Source: Firmicutes bacterium UBA1191
Lineage (GTDB): Bacteria; Bacillota; Clostridia; Peptostreptococcales; Anaerovoracaceae
Direction: 5' to 3'
Length of the DNA stretch: 64,000 nt
NCBI GenBank assembly: GCA_002310095.1
Contig: DBYH01000018.1
Span: forward strand, 435 to 64,434
This document shows, piece by piece, positions 1 through 10,198 of this stretch. A model generated the notes under the pieces. That model was not told where the DNA came from. It saw only the letters and a list, made by a program, of their open reading frames with translations, and did no database searches. A program made the position numbers and the translations under genes. The first letter of the stretch is position 1. Each line of letters starts with the position of its first letter.

Positions 1-10
1 ATGCATTTTT

Positions 11-85
11 TGGAGCTGGCGGAGGGAATCGAACCCCCAACCTGCTGATTACAAATCAGCTGCTCTACCGTTGAGCCACGCCAGC
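11..85 (-). tRNA. tRNA-Thr (anticodon TGT)
   Basis: The reverse complement GCTGGCGTGGCTCAACGGTAGAGCAGCTGATTTGTAATCAGCAGGTTGGGGGTTCGATTCCCTCCGCCAGCTCCA folds as a cloverleaf. It has anticodon loop TTTGTAA, a T-loop GTTCGATT and an encoded 3' CCA. Confidence 0.97.
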
Positions 86-126
86 AAGTCCCTCACATCA
101 GGCCAACGCTCCTGACGCGCCTATAA

Positions 127-156
127 ACTATACCTTAAAGACTCTCGGCTTGTCAA
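127..156 (-). promoter_or_regulatory. sigma-A-type promoter for tRNA-Thr
   Basis: Minus strand TTGACA (156-151), 18-nt spacer, TATAGT (132-127), about 40 nt upstream of the tRNA. Confidence 0.75.
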
Positions 157-164
157 GGTGTTTT

Positions 165-809
165 TCACACTTTTTCGGGCGCCACGGAGCAGTCCGTAAT
201 GCGGGCGGTGCCTGACGTCAGATTGGCTGCCAGGCCCTTCAGTTCCTCTTCATTTTCGGCGAAGGTGATCAGCTCGATTTTCACCTTTTCGCCGTACTCC
301 ACATTTCCGATTACATATGCAAAGGCAGTCTGATCCTTTAGTGATTCCGCCGCCATCTTCTGAAACTTCGCCAGGTATGTGTAGTCGGTCTCGCAGGTCA
401 TCTTCAGCACATTCTGAACTCCGCATACGCCGGCCGCCTCTACCGCCAGCTTGGCGCTGCTGGTGTAGGCTCTCACCAGACCGCCTGTCCCCAGCTTGAT
501 GCCGCCGAAGTATCTGGTCACGACTATGACCAGATTTGTCAGCCCTTCGCTCACGAGCATCTGCACGATCGGCGCCCCCGAGGTGCCCTGGGGCTCGCCG
601 TCGTCGCTGGCCCACTGGATCTGGCTCTTGTCGCCTATGACCATGGCCGGAACATTGTGTGTGGCGTCCTTGTAATTGGCCTTTATCTCCGCAACGAAAG
701 CGTCGGCCTCGTCTCTGTCCGAGACGGGCCTGGCGTGAGCTATGAACCGTGATTTTTCGATTATCTGTTCAGCTGTCGCTTCCTGTTTTATGGTCTTGTA
801 GAGTTCCAT
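165..809 (-). CDS. yigZ: YigZ/IMPACT family protein
   Basis: Motifs IIEKSRFIA, DATHN, SDDGEPQGTSG and VVTRYFGGIKLGTGGLVRAY. Confidence 0.93.
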   Translation of the reverse strand: MELYKTIKQEATAEQIIEKSRFIAHARPVSDRDEADAFVAEIKANYKDATHNVPAMVIGDKSQIQWASDDGEPQGTSGAPIVQMLVSEGLTNLVIVVTRYFGGIKLGTGGLVRAYTSSAKLAVEAAGVCGVQNVLKMTCETDYTYLAKFQKMAAESLKDQTAFAYVIGNVEYGEKVKIELITFAENEEELKGLAANLTSGTARITDCSVAPEKV

Positions 810-821
810 TCCAATCGTTCT

Positions 822-2120
822 CTAAACTGCGTAATTCCTGTATTTATTGAAATCCGCCTCTCTGAAACTGCCTGTGAGAAGCGTTCCTTCCTGTCTGTAA
901 TTCATCGAATCTATCTGGGCGTTTTCGCACAGATATGACACGATGTCTCCCCTGTCGTACGGTATGAGCAGAGACGCGCTGGTCATGTCCGCGAAGAGGG
1001 CCTTCTTTATGGCTTCCGCCAGGCTGTCCATACCCTGCCCCGTGCGGGCCGAGATGAACACGGCGGCGTCGCCATCCGTGAACACAGGCTCCTCAGGAGC
1101 GATGTCGATCTTGTTGTAAGCCATGATCGTGTGGGCTCCGCCCGCTCCCAGCTGCCTGATTACATTTCCCGTGACCTCGATCTGAAAATCCTTGTCCTCC
1201 CTGGAGTTGTCGACGACATGAACGAGAACGTCCGCGTCCCTTACCTCTTCGAGGGTCGACTTGAAAGCGTCAACCAGATCGTGGGGCAGACCGCTTACGA
1301 ATCCGACGGTATCTATGAGAATGAAGTCCATTCCGTTGCCCAGACTCAGCTTCCTGTGGGCCGTGTCCAGAGTTGCGAAAAGCATGTCGGCGGAGCCGAC
1401 TTTCTTATTCTCCGCAAGACCCTGTGAACTCTCGTCTTCGAACATGTCGAGCAGGCGGTTCATGATGGCCGACTTCCCCGAGTTTGTGTAACCCACAAGT
1501 GCCACGACCGGCATGCCCGATCTGGCGCGGCCGGACTTCTGGGTCTGTCTGCTTTTGCCTGCCTTTGCCAGTTCCTCTCTGATGTCGTCTATGCGTCTGG
1601 CGATGTGGCGCCTGTCGGTCTCCAGCTTCTTCTCGCCGGGACCCCTTGTGCCGATGCCTCCTCCAAGCCTTGAGAGGGATCTTCCGAACCCCGTGAGGCG
1701 GGGCAGTCTGTACTTCAGCTGGGCCAGTTCGACCTGAAGCTTGCCCTCTTTTGACACTGCTCTGTCTGCGAATATATCCAGTATGAGTATGGTCCTGTCG
1801 ATGACGCGCACGCCAAGAGCTTCCTCCAGATTTCTGATCTGTATTCCGGAGAGTTCCTCGTTGAAAACGACCGTATCGACTTCCATGCTCTCGCAGAGAT
1901 CCTTCAGTTCCTCCACCTTGCCTTTGCCTATGAGTGTGGCGGAGTTCGGCCTCTCAAGAGCCTGCTCGAGACGTCCGACGACCTGTATGCCGTCAGCCTC
2001 GCAAAGCCCCTCCAGCTCATCCATTGACCTCTCTATGTCGCCTCTCCACTGGACCCCCGCGACTATGCCGCGGTAGCTGTCCTCTCTGAGTATTTCGTTG
2101 TCTTCAGTAAACCTCAGCAT
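822..2120 (-). CDS. hflX: Ribosome-splitting GTPase HflX
   Basis: DRTILILDIFADRA, EGKLQVELAQL, GIGTRGPGEKKLETDRR, G1 GYTNSGKS, LFATLD, DTVGF, NKID. Confidence 0.96.
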   Translation of the reverse strand: MLRFTEDNEILREDSYRGIVAGVQWRGDIERSMDELEGLCEADGIQVVGRLEQALERPNSATLIGKGKVEELKDLCESMEVDTVVFNEELSGIQIRNLEEALGVRVIDRTILILDIFADRAVSKEGKLQVELAQLKYRLPRLTGFGRSLSRLGGGIGTRGPGEKKLETDRRHIARRIDDIREELAKAGKSRQTQKSGRARSGMPVVALVGYTNSGKSAIMNRLLDMFEDESSQGLAENKKVGSADMLFATLDTAHRKLSLGNGMDFILIDTVGFVSGLPHDLVDAFKSTLEEVRDADVLVHVVDNSREDKDFQIEVTGNVIRQLGAGGAHTIMAYNKIDIAPEEPVFTDGDAAVFISARTGQGMDSLAEAIKKALFADMTSASLLIPYDRGDIVSYLCENAQIDSMNYRQEGTLLTGSFREADFNKYRNYAV

Positions 2121-2132
2121 CGTGATCTGCGC

Positions 2133-2912
2133 CTACTGAGTCTTCATCTTTACGAGCTCCGACTTGAGCTTGGAGTTGAGGACCTTGATCCTCGTTCCCT
2201 TCATGCCCAGAGATCTCGTCTCGATTACGCTGGCGCTCTCCAGCTTCCGCAGGGCGTTTACGATGACCGAACGCGTTATGCCCGATTTGTCCGCTATCCT
2301 GCTGGCGACAAGTATGCCCTCGTCGCCTTCCAGTTCGGAGAAGATGTGCTGCACGGCTTCGGCCTCAGAATATGAAAGAGTTCCGATGGCCATTTGAACG
2401 ACGGCTTCCTCTCTGGCTTCCTGCCGCTCTCTCTCCATTTTGTTTCTCTGTATTTCAACTCCTACGATGGTGGCGCTGACCTCGCCGAGAACCAGATCTT
2501 CATCGGTGAACTCCGGCTCGTATCTCGCCATGATGAGTGTGCCGAGTCTCGTGCCGCCGCCCACTATAGGGATGAACGTGTGCAGCTTGACCGACGTGTC
2601 GTAGTCGTATTTGAAAATCTTCAACGCGTCAGCGTCATGGAGATTCGCCTTCGTCTCCGTGATCTTCAGCATCTCCTTGTTGTATTCTTCGGGCATGATC
2701 CAATCGCCGGTCTTCTCGTCGCTGACCAGACTGCTGTCTTCCTTGACCTTAAATGCTACTCCGAGCACCTTCCCGTCATAATCCAGCGCGTAAACATTCG
2801 ACTCAAGCAGATCGCAAAGGACCTCGCATATCTCCTCGAATGAAAGCGCTCCGGAATGGCTCTCCTGGAGCAGCCAGTTCAGTTTTCTCACCTTATCCAG
2901 AATGTCACTCAT
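2133..2912 (-). CDS. codY: GTP/BCAA-sensing global regulator CodY
   Basis: C-terminal HTH TLSYSE...ASRIADKSGITRSVIVNALRKLESASVIETRSLGMKGT. Start moved to ATG 2912 (AAGGAGG RBS), giving 259 aa. Confidence 0.96.
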   Translation of the reverse strand: MSDILDKVRKLNWLLQESHSGALSFEEICEVLCDLLESNVYALDYDGKVLGVAFKVKEDSSLVSDEKTGDWIMPEEYNKEMLKITETKANLHDADALKIFKYDYDTSVKLHTFIPIVGGGTRLGTLIMARYEPEFTDEDLVLGEVSATIVGVEIQRNKMERERQEAREEAVVQMAIGTLSYSEAEAVQHIFSELEGDEGILVASRIADKSGITRSVIVNALRKLESASVIETRSLGMKGTRIKVLNSKLKSELVKMKTQ

Positions 2913-3034
2913 GCTATCCTCCTTGATTGTTAAAAATTGAACAACATAATAATTATAAACCAATTTTTGTGAATTGTGTGAAAAAAATATTCTATTCTGA
3001 CATTTATCGCAAAAGCAGTCTCCACTCCAATTGA

Positions 3035-3073
3035 AAACCCCCGCGTTGCGTTCCTGTGAACACATTGCGGGGG
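3035..3073 (-). terminator. Putative intrinsic terminator after hslU
   Basis: Minus strand imperfect hairpin CCCCGCAATGTGTTC-ACAG-GAACGCAACGCGGGG followed by GTTTT. Confidence 0.6.
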
Positions 3074-3108
3074 CCTGATTTCCCTGTTCCGGCCGCCCCT
3101 CGGCATCC

Positions 3109-4545
3109 TTACAGAATGAATCTGTCCAGATCGTCCGGATGGATCTTCTCCTCGAACTTCTCCTTTACGTACTCGCGGTCGATGGTTATCTTCTCCTCGT
3201 CCATCTCTGCGATGTTGAAGGAAATGTCTTCGAGCAGTCTCTCGAGAATCGTGTGGAGTCTTCTTGCTCCGATGTTCTCGGTCTGCTCGTTCATGAGGTG
3301 GGCCATTTCGGCGATTTCGTCGATGGCCTCGTCCGTGAACTCGATCTCGATTCCTTCTGTCTCCAGAAGCGCCTTGTGCTGCTTGAGCAGGGCGTTTTCC
3401 GGAATGGTCAGGATCTTGACGAAAGTATCCTTGTCCAGATTCTCCAGTTCGACCCTGATCGGGAAACGTCCCTGAAGCTCAGGGATGAGGTCCGTCGGTT
3501 TCGCCGTATGGAATGCTCCGGCTCCGATGAAGAGAATGTGGTCCGTCTTCAGCGGGCCGTGCTTCGTGTTGACTACGCTTCCTTCTACTATAGGGAGGAT
3601 GTCTCTCTGGACTCCCTCTCTCGAAACGTCAGCTCCGCTTCTGTAGCCTGAGCCTGAAGCGATCTTGTCGATCTCATCGATGAAGACGATACCGTTCTGC
3701 TCGGCGTTCTCCATGGCCTCTTCCTCGACCTGGTCCATGTCGATCAGATTCTGGGCCTCTTCCTCACGGAGGATCTTTCTGGCCTCCTTGACCTTGACCT
3801 TCTTAGTCTTCTTTTTCTTAGGAGCCATGTCCCCGAAGATGTTTCCGATCTGGATCATTCCGCCGTCGCCAACGTCCAGATTGTTCTGCTTAGGAGCCTC
3901 AGTCACCTGAATCTCGATGTACTGCTCCTCCAGAAGTCCGTCTCTGAGCTGCTGGCGGACCTGCTCTCTGGCAAGTCCCGTGTCCTCGTGAGCGTCCTCT
4001 TCCTCAGCGGCTTTCTGCTGCTGCTGTTCGTACTGCTCCTTCTGGCTCACGTATCCGGCGTTGCCGAGGATGAAGTCAAAAGGTCCCCTTGTCTGGGACG
4101 CGTTGACTTTGCCTTTCTTGCCCGGAATGATGGCCTCGATGATTCTCTCCTCGACGATCTCATCGGCGATGGAGTACTTCTCCTCCAGCATCTTCTGCTT
4201 GGTTATTCTGATAGAAGCCTCCGCCAGATCCCTGATTATCGAGTCGACGTCGCGGCCAACGTATCCTACCTCAGTGAATTTTGTGGCCTCGACCTTGACG
4301 AAAGGCGCGTCCATGAGCTTGGCGAGACGTCTCGCGATCTCAGTCTTACCGCAGCCTGTAGGTCCCATCATCAGGATGTTCTTCGGAGTGATTTCCTCTC
4401 TCATTTCATCGGAGAGGAGGCTTCTTCTGTATCTGTTTCTCAGAGCGATAGCTACTGATTTCTTGGCCTCGTCCTGGCCGATGATGTATTTGTCCAGTTC
4501 ACCTACGATTTCCTTAGGTGTCATCTGATAAAGTTTGCTAGCCAT
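3109..4545 (-). CDS. hslU: ATP-dependent protease ATPase subunit HslU (ClpY)
   Basis: [16 protein letters not shown], Walker [52 protein letters not shown]. Confidence 0.97.
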   Translation of the reverse strand: MASKLYQMTPKEIVGELDKYIIGQDEAKKSVAIALRNRYRRSLLSDEMREEITPKNILMMGPTGCGKTEIARRLAKLMDAPFVKVEATKFTEVGYVGRDVDSIIRDLAEASIRITKQKMLEEKYSIADEIVEERIIEAIIPGKKGKVNASQTRGPFDFILGNAGYVSQKEQYEQQQQKAAEEEDAHEDTGLAREQVRQQLRDGLLEEQYIEIQVTEAPKQNNLDVGDGGMIQIGNIFGDMAPKKKKTKKVKVKEARKILREEEAQNLIDMDQVEEEAMENAEQNGIVFIDEIDKIASGSGYRSGADVSREGVQRDILPIVEGSVVNTKHGPLKTDHILFIGAGAFHTAKPTDLIPELQGRFPIRVELENLDKDTFVKILTIPENALLKQHKALLETEGIEIEFTDEAIDEIAEMAHLMNEQTENIGARRLHTILERLLEDISFNIAEMDEEKITIDREYVKEKFEEKIHPDDLDRFIL

Positions 4546-4557
4546 GTTCCTCTCCCC

Positions 4558-5094
4558 TTATAACTTCTCGATGGAGATGTGGTCGTTGGTGTAGACACAG
4601 ATATTCGACGCAATCTCCAGCGATTTTCTTACGATTTCCTCGGCGCTCAGTTCAGTGTTGTTGTAGAGCGCGTGGGCGGCGGCGTAAGCGTAGTTGCCGC
4701 CCGAGCCTATGGCAACAAAAGGCTGGTCGGGCACGATTACTTCGCCTGTGCCTGAAATGACCAGAATGTCGTCCTTGTCGGCGACTATCATGAGGGCTTC
4801 CAGATTTCTGACCGCCTTGTCGGATCTCCAGAGATTGGCCAGAGCTACGGCCGCTCTCTTCAGGTTTCCGCCGTGTTCGTCCAGCTTGCTCTCGAACTTC
4901 TCAGTCAGCGAAAAAGCGTCCGCGACGGATCCCGCGAAGCCCGAAAGAACCGTGTTCTTGTATATCTTCTTAACCTTCTTGGCGCCGTTCTTCATGATTG
5001 CGGTCTCGCCCATTGTAACCTGGCCGTCACCGCCTATGCAGACCTGATCGCCTCTCTTTACCGCGCATATTGTTGTCGCATGAAACTGTCCCAT
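4558..5094 (-). CDS. hslV: ATP-dependent protease peptidase subunit HslV (ClpQ)
   Basis: FHATTICAV (catalytic Thr after short propeptide), GDGQVTMG, GFAGSVADAF, IGSGGNYA, NICVYTN. Start set at ATG 5094 after AAGGAGG. Confidence 0.96.
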   Translation of the reverse strand: MGQFHATTICAVKRGDQVCIGGDGQVTMGETAIMKNGAKKVKKIYKNTVLSGFAGSVADAFSLTEKFESKLDEHGGNLKRAAVALANLWRSDKAVRNLEALMIVADKDDILVISGTGEVIVPDQPFVAIGSGGNYAYAAAHALYNNTELSAEEIVRKSLEIASNICVYTNDHISIEKL

Positions 5095-5125
5095 TGTTAC
5101 AACCTCCTTGTTCCCATTATATACG

Positions 5126-7228
5126 CTATTCTTTGTAATTGCATTCCTTATTTGAGCACACCAGACCCTCGCCTCTGCCCTTCTTCTCGACGAGCATGCT
5201 GCCGCACTCCGGACAGAGTTTTCCTGACGGTCTGTCCCAGAATACCTGCCTGCAGGAAGGATAGTTGGAGCATCCGTAGAACATCTTTCCGGATTTTCCT
5301 CTCCTGATGATGATGTCGCCGCCGCAAGTCGGGCACTTGACATCGATCTTCTGGACTATGGACTTGGTGTATTTGCACTCAGGATATCCGGTGCATCCGA
5401 TGAAGGTTCCGAAGCGGCTGTGCTTAATAGCCAGATCCCTTCCGCACTCAGGGCACTTCTCTCCCGTGAGTTCGACTTCAGGCTCCAGCTTCGGAATCTT
5501 CTCGTCGGCCCTAGTGAGCTCTTCGCGCAGGATCTTGTAGTAGTCCTCGACGATGTTCTTCCATCTGATTCCCTTGGTCTCGATGTCGTCCAGACCGTCT
5601 TCCATCCTTGCCGTGAATCCGACGTCGACGATCTCGTTGAAGTGCTCGGTCATCATGTCTGTGACCGTGAATCCCAGCTGGGTCGGAACCAGATTCTTCT
5701 TTTCCTTCTTTATATACTTGCGGTCCATGAGGGTCGCGACGATAGGAGCGTAGGTGCTCGGTCTGCCGATGTCCTTCTCCTCCAGATCCTTTACCAGACT
5801 GGCTTCAGTGAATCTCGCAGGCGGCTGGGTGAAGTTCTGCTCCGCTCTAGTGTCGATCGGATCCAGCTTCTCGCCAGGTGTCAGTTCAGGCAGCCACTTG
5901 TCTTCGCCGTCGCCCTTTGAGCTCTGGCTGACCTTCAGGAAACCGTCGAAGATGACCTTCGATCCTGTCGCTTTGAATCCGTAGTCGCCGTTATCGATGT
6001 TGGCGTTTACAGCCTTGATCTTGGCGGCGGCCATCTGGCTGGAGACGAATCTCTGCCATATGAGTCTGTACAGGCTGTACTGATCCTTGGTCAGCTGATC
6101 CTTGATGCTGTCCGGTGTCAGGTTCACGTTGGAAGGACGGATCGCTTCGTGGGCGTCCTGAACATCCTTCTTTCTGTTCGCGAATACAGTACCACCGTAG
6201 TAGTTATCGCCGTAGTTCTCCAGAATAAAGCTTTTGGCCGCGCCGCGGGCTTCATCCGAGATCCTTACGGAGTCTGTTCTGATGTATGATACGAGACCGA
6301 CGGTACCCATCTTCTTAATCTCCACGCCTTCATAGAGCTGCTGGGCGACCATCATGGTCTTCCTGGTCGAGAAATTCAGCTTGTTGGAAGCGTCCTGCTG
6401 CAGTCCGCTCGTGGTGTACGGCGGCAGCGGCTTTCTGATTCTGTCTTTCTCTTCTATTTCACCGACGATGTAGCTGCCCTTCTCGAGCTCTGCCAGAACC
6501 GCGTCGCTCTCTTCCTTGTTTGCGAGAGTCAGCTTGCTGCCTTTGCGCGTGGCCAGCTTCGCCGTGAATTTTCTTCCTTTTTTAAAGTCCGTTTCGATTG
6601 TCCAGAATTCCTCCGGCACGAAGGCCTGGATTTCCTTTTCCCTGTCGCAGATGATCTTCAGGGCCGCCGACTGGACTCTGCCGGCGCTGAGGCCTCTGGT
6701 GATCTTTCTCCAGAGGAGCGGGCTGATGAGGTAGCCTACCAGTCTGTCGAGAACTCTCCTCGCCTGCTGCGCGTCCACCAGACTCAGGTCTATCGGGCGC
6801 GGATTTTTGACAGCCTCTTTGACTGCCTTTGCGGTGATCTCGTTGAAAACGATTCTGCATGGCGTCTTCTCGTCGATCCCCAGCAGGTAGGCCAGATGCC
6901 ACGAAATCGCTTCTCCCTCGCGGTCCGGGTCTGTCGCCAGATAGATCTTTGAAGCCTTCTTCGCTTCCTTCTTGAGTTCCTTGATGAGATCGCCTTTGCC
7001 CCGGATGTTTATGTACTGAGGGTCAAAGGCAGCCTGTCCTTTGTCGTCCAATTCGCCTTCGGCTTTACCAAGATCCTCCGGAAGGACGATGCCCAGCTTG
7101 CTCTTCGGGAGGTCTCTGACGTGGCCTACTGACGCCACAACTTTGTAGCGGCTTCCCAGGAACTTGCCTATTGTTCTCGCCTTGGAAGGCGACTCTACTA
7201 TTACTAATGTTTTTGCTGCAGATGCCAT
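5126..7228 (-). CDS. topA: DNA topoisomerase I
   Basis: LVIVESPSKA, ATDPDREGEAI, SAGRVQS, catalytic SYIRTDS, QDAHEAIRP, C-terminal C4 zinc ribbons. Confidence 0.97.
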   Translation of the reverse strand: MASAAKTLVIVESPSKARTIGKFLGSRYKVVASVGHVRDLPKSKLGIVLPEDLGKAEGELDDKGQAAFDPQYINIRGKGDLIKELKKEAKKASKIYLATDPDREGEAISWHLAYLLGIDEKTPCRIVFNEITAKAVKEAVKNPRPIDLSLVDAQQARRVLDRLVGYLISPLLWRKITRGLSAGRVQSAALKIICDREKEIQAFVPEEFWTIETDFKKGRKFTAKLATRKGSKLTLANKEESDAVLAELEKGSYIVGEIEEKDRIRKPLPPYTTSGLQQDASNKLNFSTRKTMMVAQQLYEGVEIKKMGTVGLVSYIRTDSVRISDEARGAAKSFILENYGDNYYGGTVFANRKKDVQDAHEAIRPSNVNLTPDSIKDQLTKDQYSLYRLIWQRFVSSQMAAAKIKAVNANIDNGDYGFKATGSKVIFDGFLKVSQSSKGDGEDKWLPELTPGEKLDPIDTRAEQNFTQPPARFTEASLVKDLEEKDIGRPSTYAPIVATLMDRKYIKKEKKNLVPTQLGFTVTDMMTEHFNEIVDVGFTARMEDGLDDIETKGIRWKNIVEDYYKILREELTRADEKIPKLEPEVELTGEKCPECGRDLAIKHSRFGTFIGCTGYPECKYTKSIVQKIDVKCPTCGGDIIIRRGKSGKMFYGCSNYPSCRQVFWDRPSGKLCPECGSMLVEKKGRGEGLVCSNKECNYKE

Positions 7229-7312
7229 CTATTATCCTTTCTCCGCCCTCCGGAAAACCGGGACGGAACGAAAATCTTCCATTACAGTAACCGATTATAA
7301 TTTTAATATACG

Positions 7313-8179
7313 CTATTTGCAAGGAATTATTTTTATAAAAAATTTTCCCATGTCCGAACTGATGAATCCCTTCATCTCCATTACGGACAGGATCGGATTG
7401 ACGTAGGCGGGCGTCAGACCTGCATGCATGCACACCTCATCGACGGTCATTTCTCCTCCGTCTCTGAGTATCTCGTAAAGGCGGAATTCCCTGTCGCTCA
7501 GTCTCTGCCGGGCGTCGTCCTCATCGGCTCCGGAGATGCCCAGATACTCCAGAATATCGTCCACGCAGATGAGAGGTGCGGCCCCTTCTTTGATCAGTTT
7601 GTTGTTCCCCAGATTGTACTGGCTGTCTATGTTTCCCGGCACCGCAAAAACTTCCCGGCCCTGCTCGGCGGCAAGCTCCGCGGTGATCAGCGAGCCGCTC
7701 CTGTTCCTGGCCTGGACCACCACTGTCGCCTCGCAGAGCCCGCTTATTATCCTGTTCCGCTTCGGAAAGTTGAACCTGTCCGGCGGAGTGCCCGGCGCGA
7801 ACTCCGATACAATGAGGCCTCTGCGCTGTATCTCCGCCATGAGTATCCTGTTCTCCGGCGGATAGCAGATGTCGGGACCGCATCCCAGTACTGCCGCTGT
7901 CATTCCTCCCGCTTCCATAGCTCCCTCGTGGGCGCATGAATCTATGCCTTTGGCCATTCCGCTCACCACAGTAACTCCCGCCGCCGCCAGACAGCGGGCG
8001 ACCGCCCTGGCCGTGTTCCTGCCGTAGGCGGTCGTAGTCCTTGAGCCCACCACCGCCACGCACCTTCTGCTGAGTATGTCCGTATCGCCGCAGCAGTAAA
8101 GTGTTTTCGGCGGATCTTTTATTTCAGTCAGCCGCTCCGGATAAGCCGGCTCGCCCCTGTTTATTATTCTGATTTCCAT
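7313..8179 (-). CDS. dprA: DNA-processing protein DprA (Smf)
   Basis: VAVVGSR, VVSGMAKGID, FPKRNRIISGL, SGSLITA, GREVFAVPG, C-terminal winged helix. Confidence 0.95.
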   Translation of the reverse strand: MEIRIINRGEPAYPERLTEIKDPPKTLYCCGDTDILSRRCVAVVGSRTTTAYGRNTARAVARCLAAAGVTVVSGMAKGIDSCAHEGAMEAGGMTAAVLGCGPDICYPPENRILMAEIQRRGLIVSEFAPGTPPDRFNFPKRNRIISGLCEATVVVQARNRSGSLITAELAAEQGREVFAVPGNIDSQYNLGNNKLIKEGAAPLICVDDILEYLGISGADEDDARQRLSDREFRLYEILRDGGEMTVDEVCMHAGLTPAYVNPILSVMEMKGFISSDMGKFFIKIIPCK

Positions 8180-8199
8180 CTCTTCTCCCTTTCATTCGA

Positions 8200-9723
8200 T
8201 CACGTTTCCAGATCGACCCTGAATATGAGCGCCTCGGCAACGTGCTCGGTCTTTATGTTATTGCTTCCTTCTATGTCAGCGATGGTTCTCGCCATCCTCA
8301 GAATTTTGCTGTATCCCCTCATGCTGAGGCCGAGCCTGTCGTAGGAGGCCGTCATCAGTTCCCGTCCCTCTCTTCCCAGGACGCAGTAACGGAGGATGCC
8401 CTTTTCGTCCAGCTGCCCGTTGCAGCTGAAGGACTCACCCCTGTACCTCTCCTCCTGTATGGCTCTGGCCGCGCTGACCTTCTCACGCATTTCCGCCGTG
8501 CTCATCCACTTCGCCTGCATCGCCGGCATTTTCGCAAGACTCTCCTTGTCCACAGGATTGACCTTGACGTGTATGTCCACCCTGTCCGCAAAAGGTCCCA
8601 TGAGTTTCCGCCTGTAGCTCTCAAGCTGCCGGGGCGAACAGGTGCATATCTTCCTGGTATCCCAGAGGTTCCCGCACTTGCAGGGGTTTGACGCAATCAC
8701 CATCATGACCTCCGAAGGGAAAACGACCTCCTCCAGATTTCTGTTCACGCGTATCACGCCCTCCTCGAGAGGTTGGCGCATGGCGTCGATGGCTTTTGAT
8801 TCGAACTCTCCAAGCTCGTCGAGAAAGAGCACGCCTCTGTGGGCCAGGGTCAGTTCTCCCGGTCTCGGCCTGCTCCCTCCGCCAATTAGACCCGTCTGGG
8901 TGATGTTGTGATGGGGACTTCTGAAGGGACGCTGCTCGATCACCGGCCTGTCCGCTGGCAGAAGCCCCGCCACACTGTAGATGCCCGTGATCTCAACCTT
9001 CTCCTCGTAGGTCAGAGGCGGCAGTATCCCGGGAATGCGCCGGGCCATCATCGTCTTGCCGCAGCCCGGACTTCCCATCATCAGAATCCCGTGGTTCCCC
9101 GCGGCCCCCACCAGTATGGCCCGCTTCACGCTCTCCTGTCCCACCACCTGGGCGAAATCCAGGCCGGTCTCCACAGGCCGGCTTGCAGTTTCTTTCCTTT
9201 TATATAAGCTCAGGCTGCCCAAGCCTGTCACGTACTCAGCCGCCTCCCTCAGATGTCTCACGGGAAGCAGATTTATGTCTTCGAGAATCGACACCTCCGC
9301 CGCGTTATCCATGGGCAGCACCAGATTCCTGATGCCCGCGTTCCGCAGACAGATGGCGAGAGGCAGCGCGCCCCGAACGCCGTTGATCTTTCCGTCCAGG
9401 GACACTTCGCCGATGAAAGCTGTATCCTCCAGCTCAATCACCTCTGTGCCCAGCATCATGATTCCCAGGGCTATGGGCAGGTCGAAGTGGCTGCCCTCCT
9501 TTGGTCTGCCCGCCGGCACCAGATTGACCGTCACGCGCTCGCCGGGAAAATGTCCGCCGCAGTTCTGTATGGCGGGCTTGATCCGCATGCTCGCTTCCTT
9601 GATCGTCGTATCCGCCAGCCCCACGATGTGAAAACCCGGCAGCCCGCTGTGAAGATCCGTCTCCACCGTCACGGGATATCCCCTGATCCCCGACAGGGTC
9701 GCTGTCCTGACCTTTGTCAGCAT
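8200..9723 (-). CDS. comM: YifB/ComM family Mg-chelatase-like AAA+ ATPase
   Basis: GLPGFHIVGL, KEGSHFDLP, GSPGCGKT, PFRSPHH, PGELTLAHRGVLFLDE, NPCKCG, ARTIAD. Sits in the conserved yraN-comM-dprA order. Start set at ATG 9723. Confidence 0.93.
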   Translation of the reverse strand: MLTKVRTATLSGIRGYPVTVETDLHSGLPGFHIVGLADTTIKEASMRIKPAIQNCGGHFPGERVTVNLVPAGRPKEGSHFDLPIALGIMMLGTEVIELEDTAFIGEVSLDGKINGVRGALPLAICLRNAGIRNLVLPMDNAAEVSILEDINLLPVRHLREAAEYVTGLGSLSLYKRKETASRPVETGLDFAQVVGQESVKRAILVGAAGNHGILMMGSPGCGKTMMARRIPGILPPLTYEEKVEITGIYSVAGLLPADRPVIEQRPFRSPHHNITQTGLIGGGSRPRPGELTLAHRGVLFLDELGEFESKAIDAMRQPLEEGVIRVNRNLEEVVFPSEVMMVIASNPCKCGNLWDTRKICTCSPRQLESYRRKLMGPFADRVDIHVKVNPVDKESLAKMPAMQAKWMSTAEMREKVSAARAIQEERYRGESFSCNGQLDEKGILRYCVLGREGRELMTASYDRLGLSMRGYSKILRMARTIADIEGSNNIKTEHVAEALIFRVDLET

Positions 9724-9738
9724 CTCCAATCCCTCCTT

Positions 9739-10077
9739 CTAAAAAACATTATCCGTCTGATTCACCACGACTTCCATGATTGTGAACCCGTACCGCCTCG
9801 GCGTCCGCCCCTTCTCCTTCATTTCGTCCAGAAAACAATGAGCGGCCCTTCTCATGTGCCGCTTCTTCTCCTCCGTCACCGCCTCGCAGGGCCTGCCGAA
9901 CCTGAAACTCTGCCGGGTCTTCACCTCGACAAAGCTCACGTCGCCGTCCCGCTCCGCAATGATATCTATTTCTCCGTACCTGCACCTGTAATTCTGGCGC
10001 AGGATCCTGTAACCCTTGGCCCGAAGCACGTCCGCCGCCGCGTTCTCGCCGATCCGCCCGAAAACCCTCTTATCCAT
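9739..10077 (-). CDS. yraN: YraN family (UPF0102) PD-(D/E)XK nuclease-like protein
   Basis: GRIGENAAA...GYRILRQNYRCRYGEIDII...FVEVKTR. Start set at the second Met. Confidence 0.92.
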   Translation of the reverse strand: MDKRVFGRIGENAAADVLRAKGYRILRQNYRCRYGEIDIIAERDGDVSFVEVKTRQSFRFGRPCEAVTEEKKRHMRRAAHCFLDEMKEKGRTPRRYGFTIMEVVVNQTDNVF

Positions 10078-10130
10078 ATCCTTTTCCCCCTTCATGCAAA
10101 AGCAGTCTCCACCGCTGTCGTAATGTCTGT

Positions 10131-10193
10131 ATTATACCTTCTCTTATTGGAAATATCAAGCATAATTGTAATATATATCCATTTTCAAGACAA
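10131..10193 (-). promoter_or_regulatory. Tandem sigma-A-type promoters upstream of yraN-comM-dprA
   Basis: TTGATA(10159-54)-N17-TATAAT(10136-31) and TTGTCT(10193-88)-N17-TACAAT(10170-65). Confidence 0.65.
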
Positions 10194-10198
10194 ATATA

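Noticed and set aside
1-85. tRNA-Thr as an integration site
   Set aside because: Its 3' flank lies outside the window, and I saw no integrase or duplicated tRNA 3' end inside.
2991-3005. Possible CodY box upstream of codY
   Set aside because: The best match has 5 mismatches to AATTTTCWGAAAATT in AT-rich DNA, which is too weak to call.
2913-3065. N-terminal extensions given by the ORF track for codY (also hslV, yihY, S8 copy 2, C11 peptidase, bioY)
   Set aside because: The extensions run through AT-rich promoter DNA or neighbouring genes. Downstream starts mostly have a clear RBS and give family-typical lengths.
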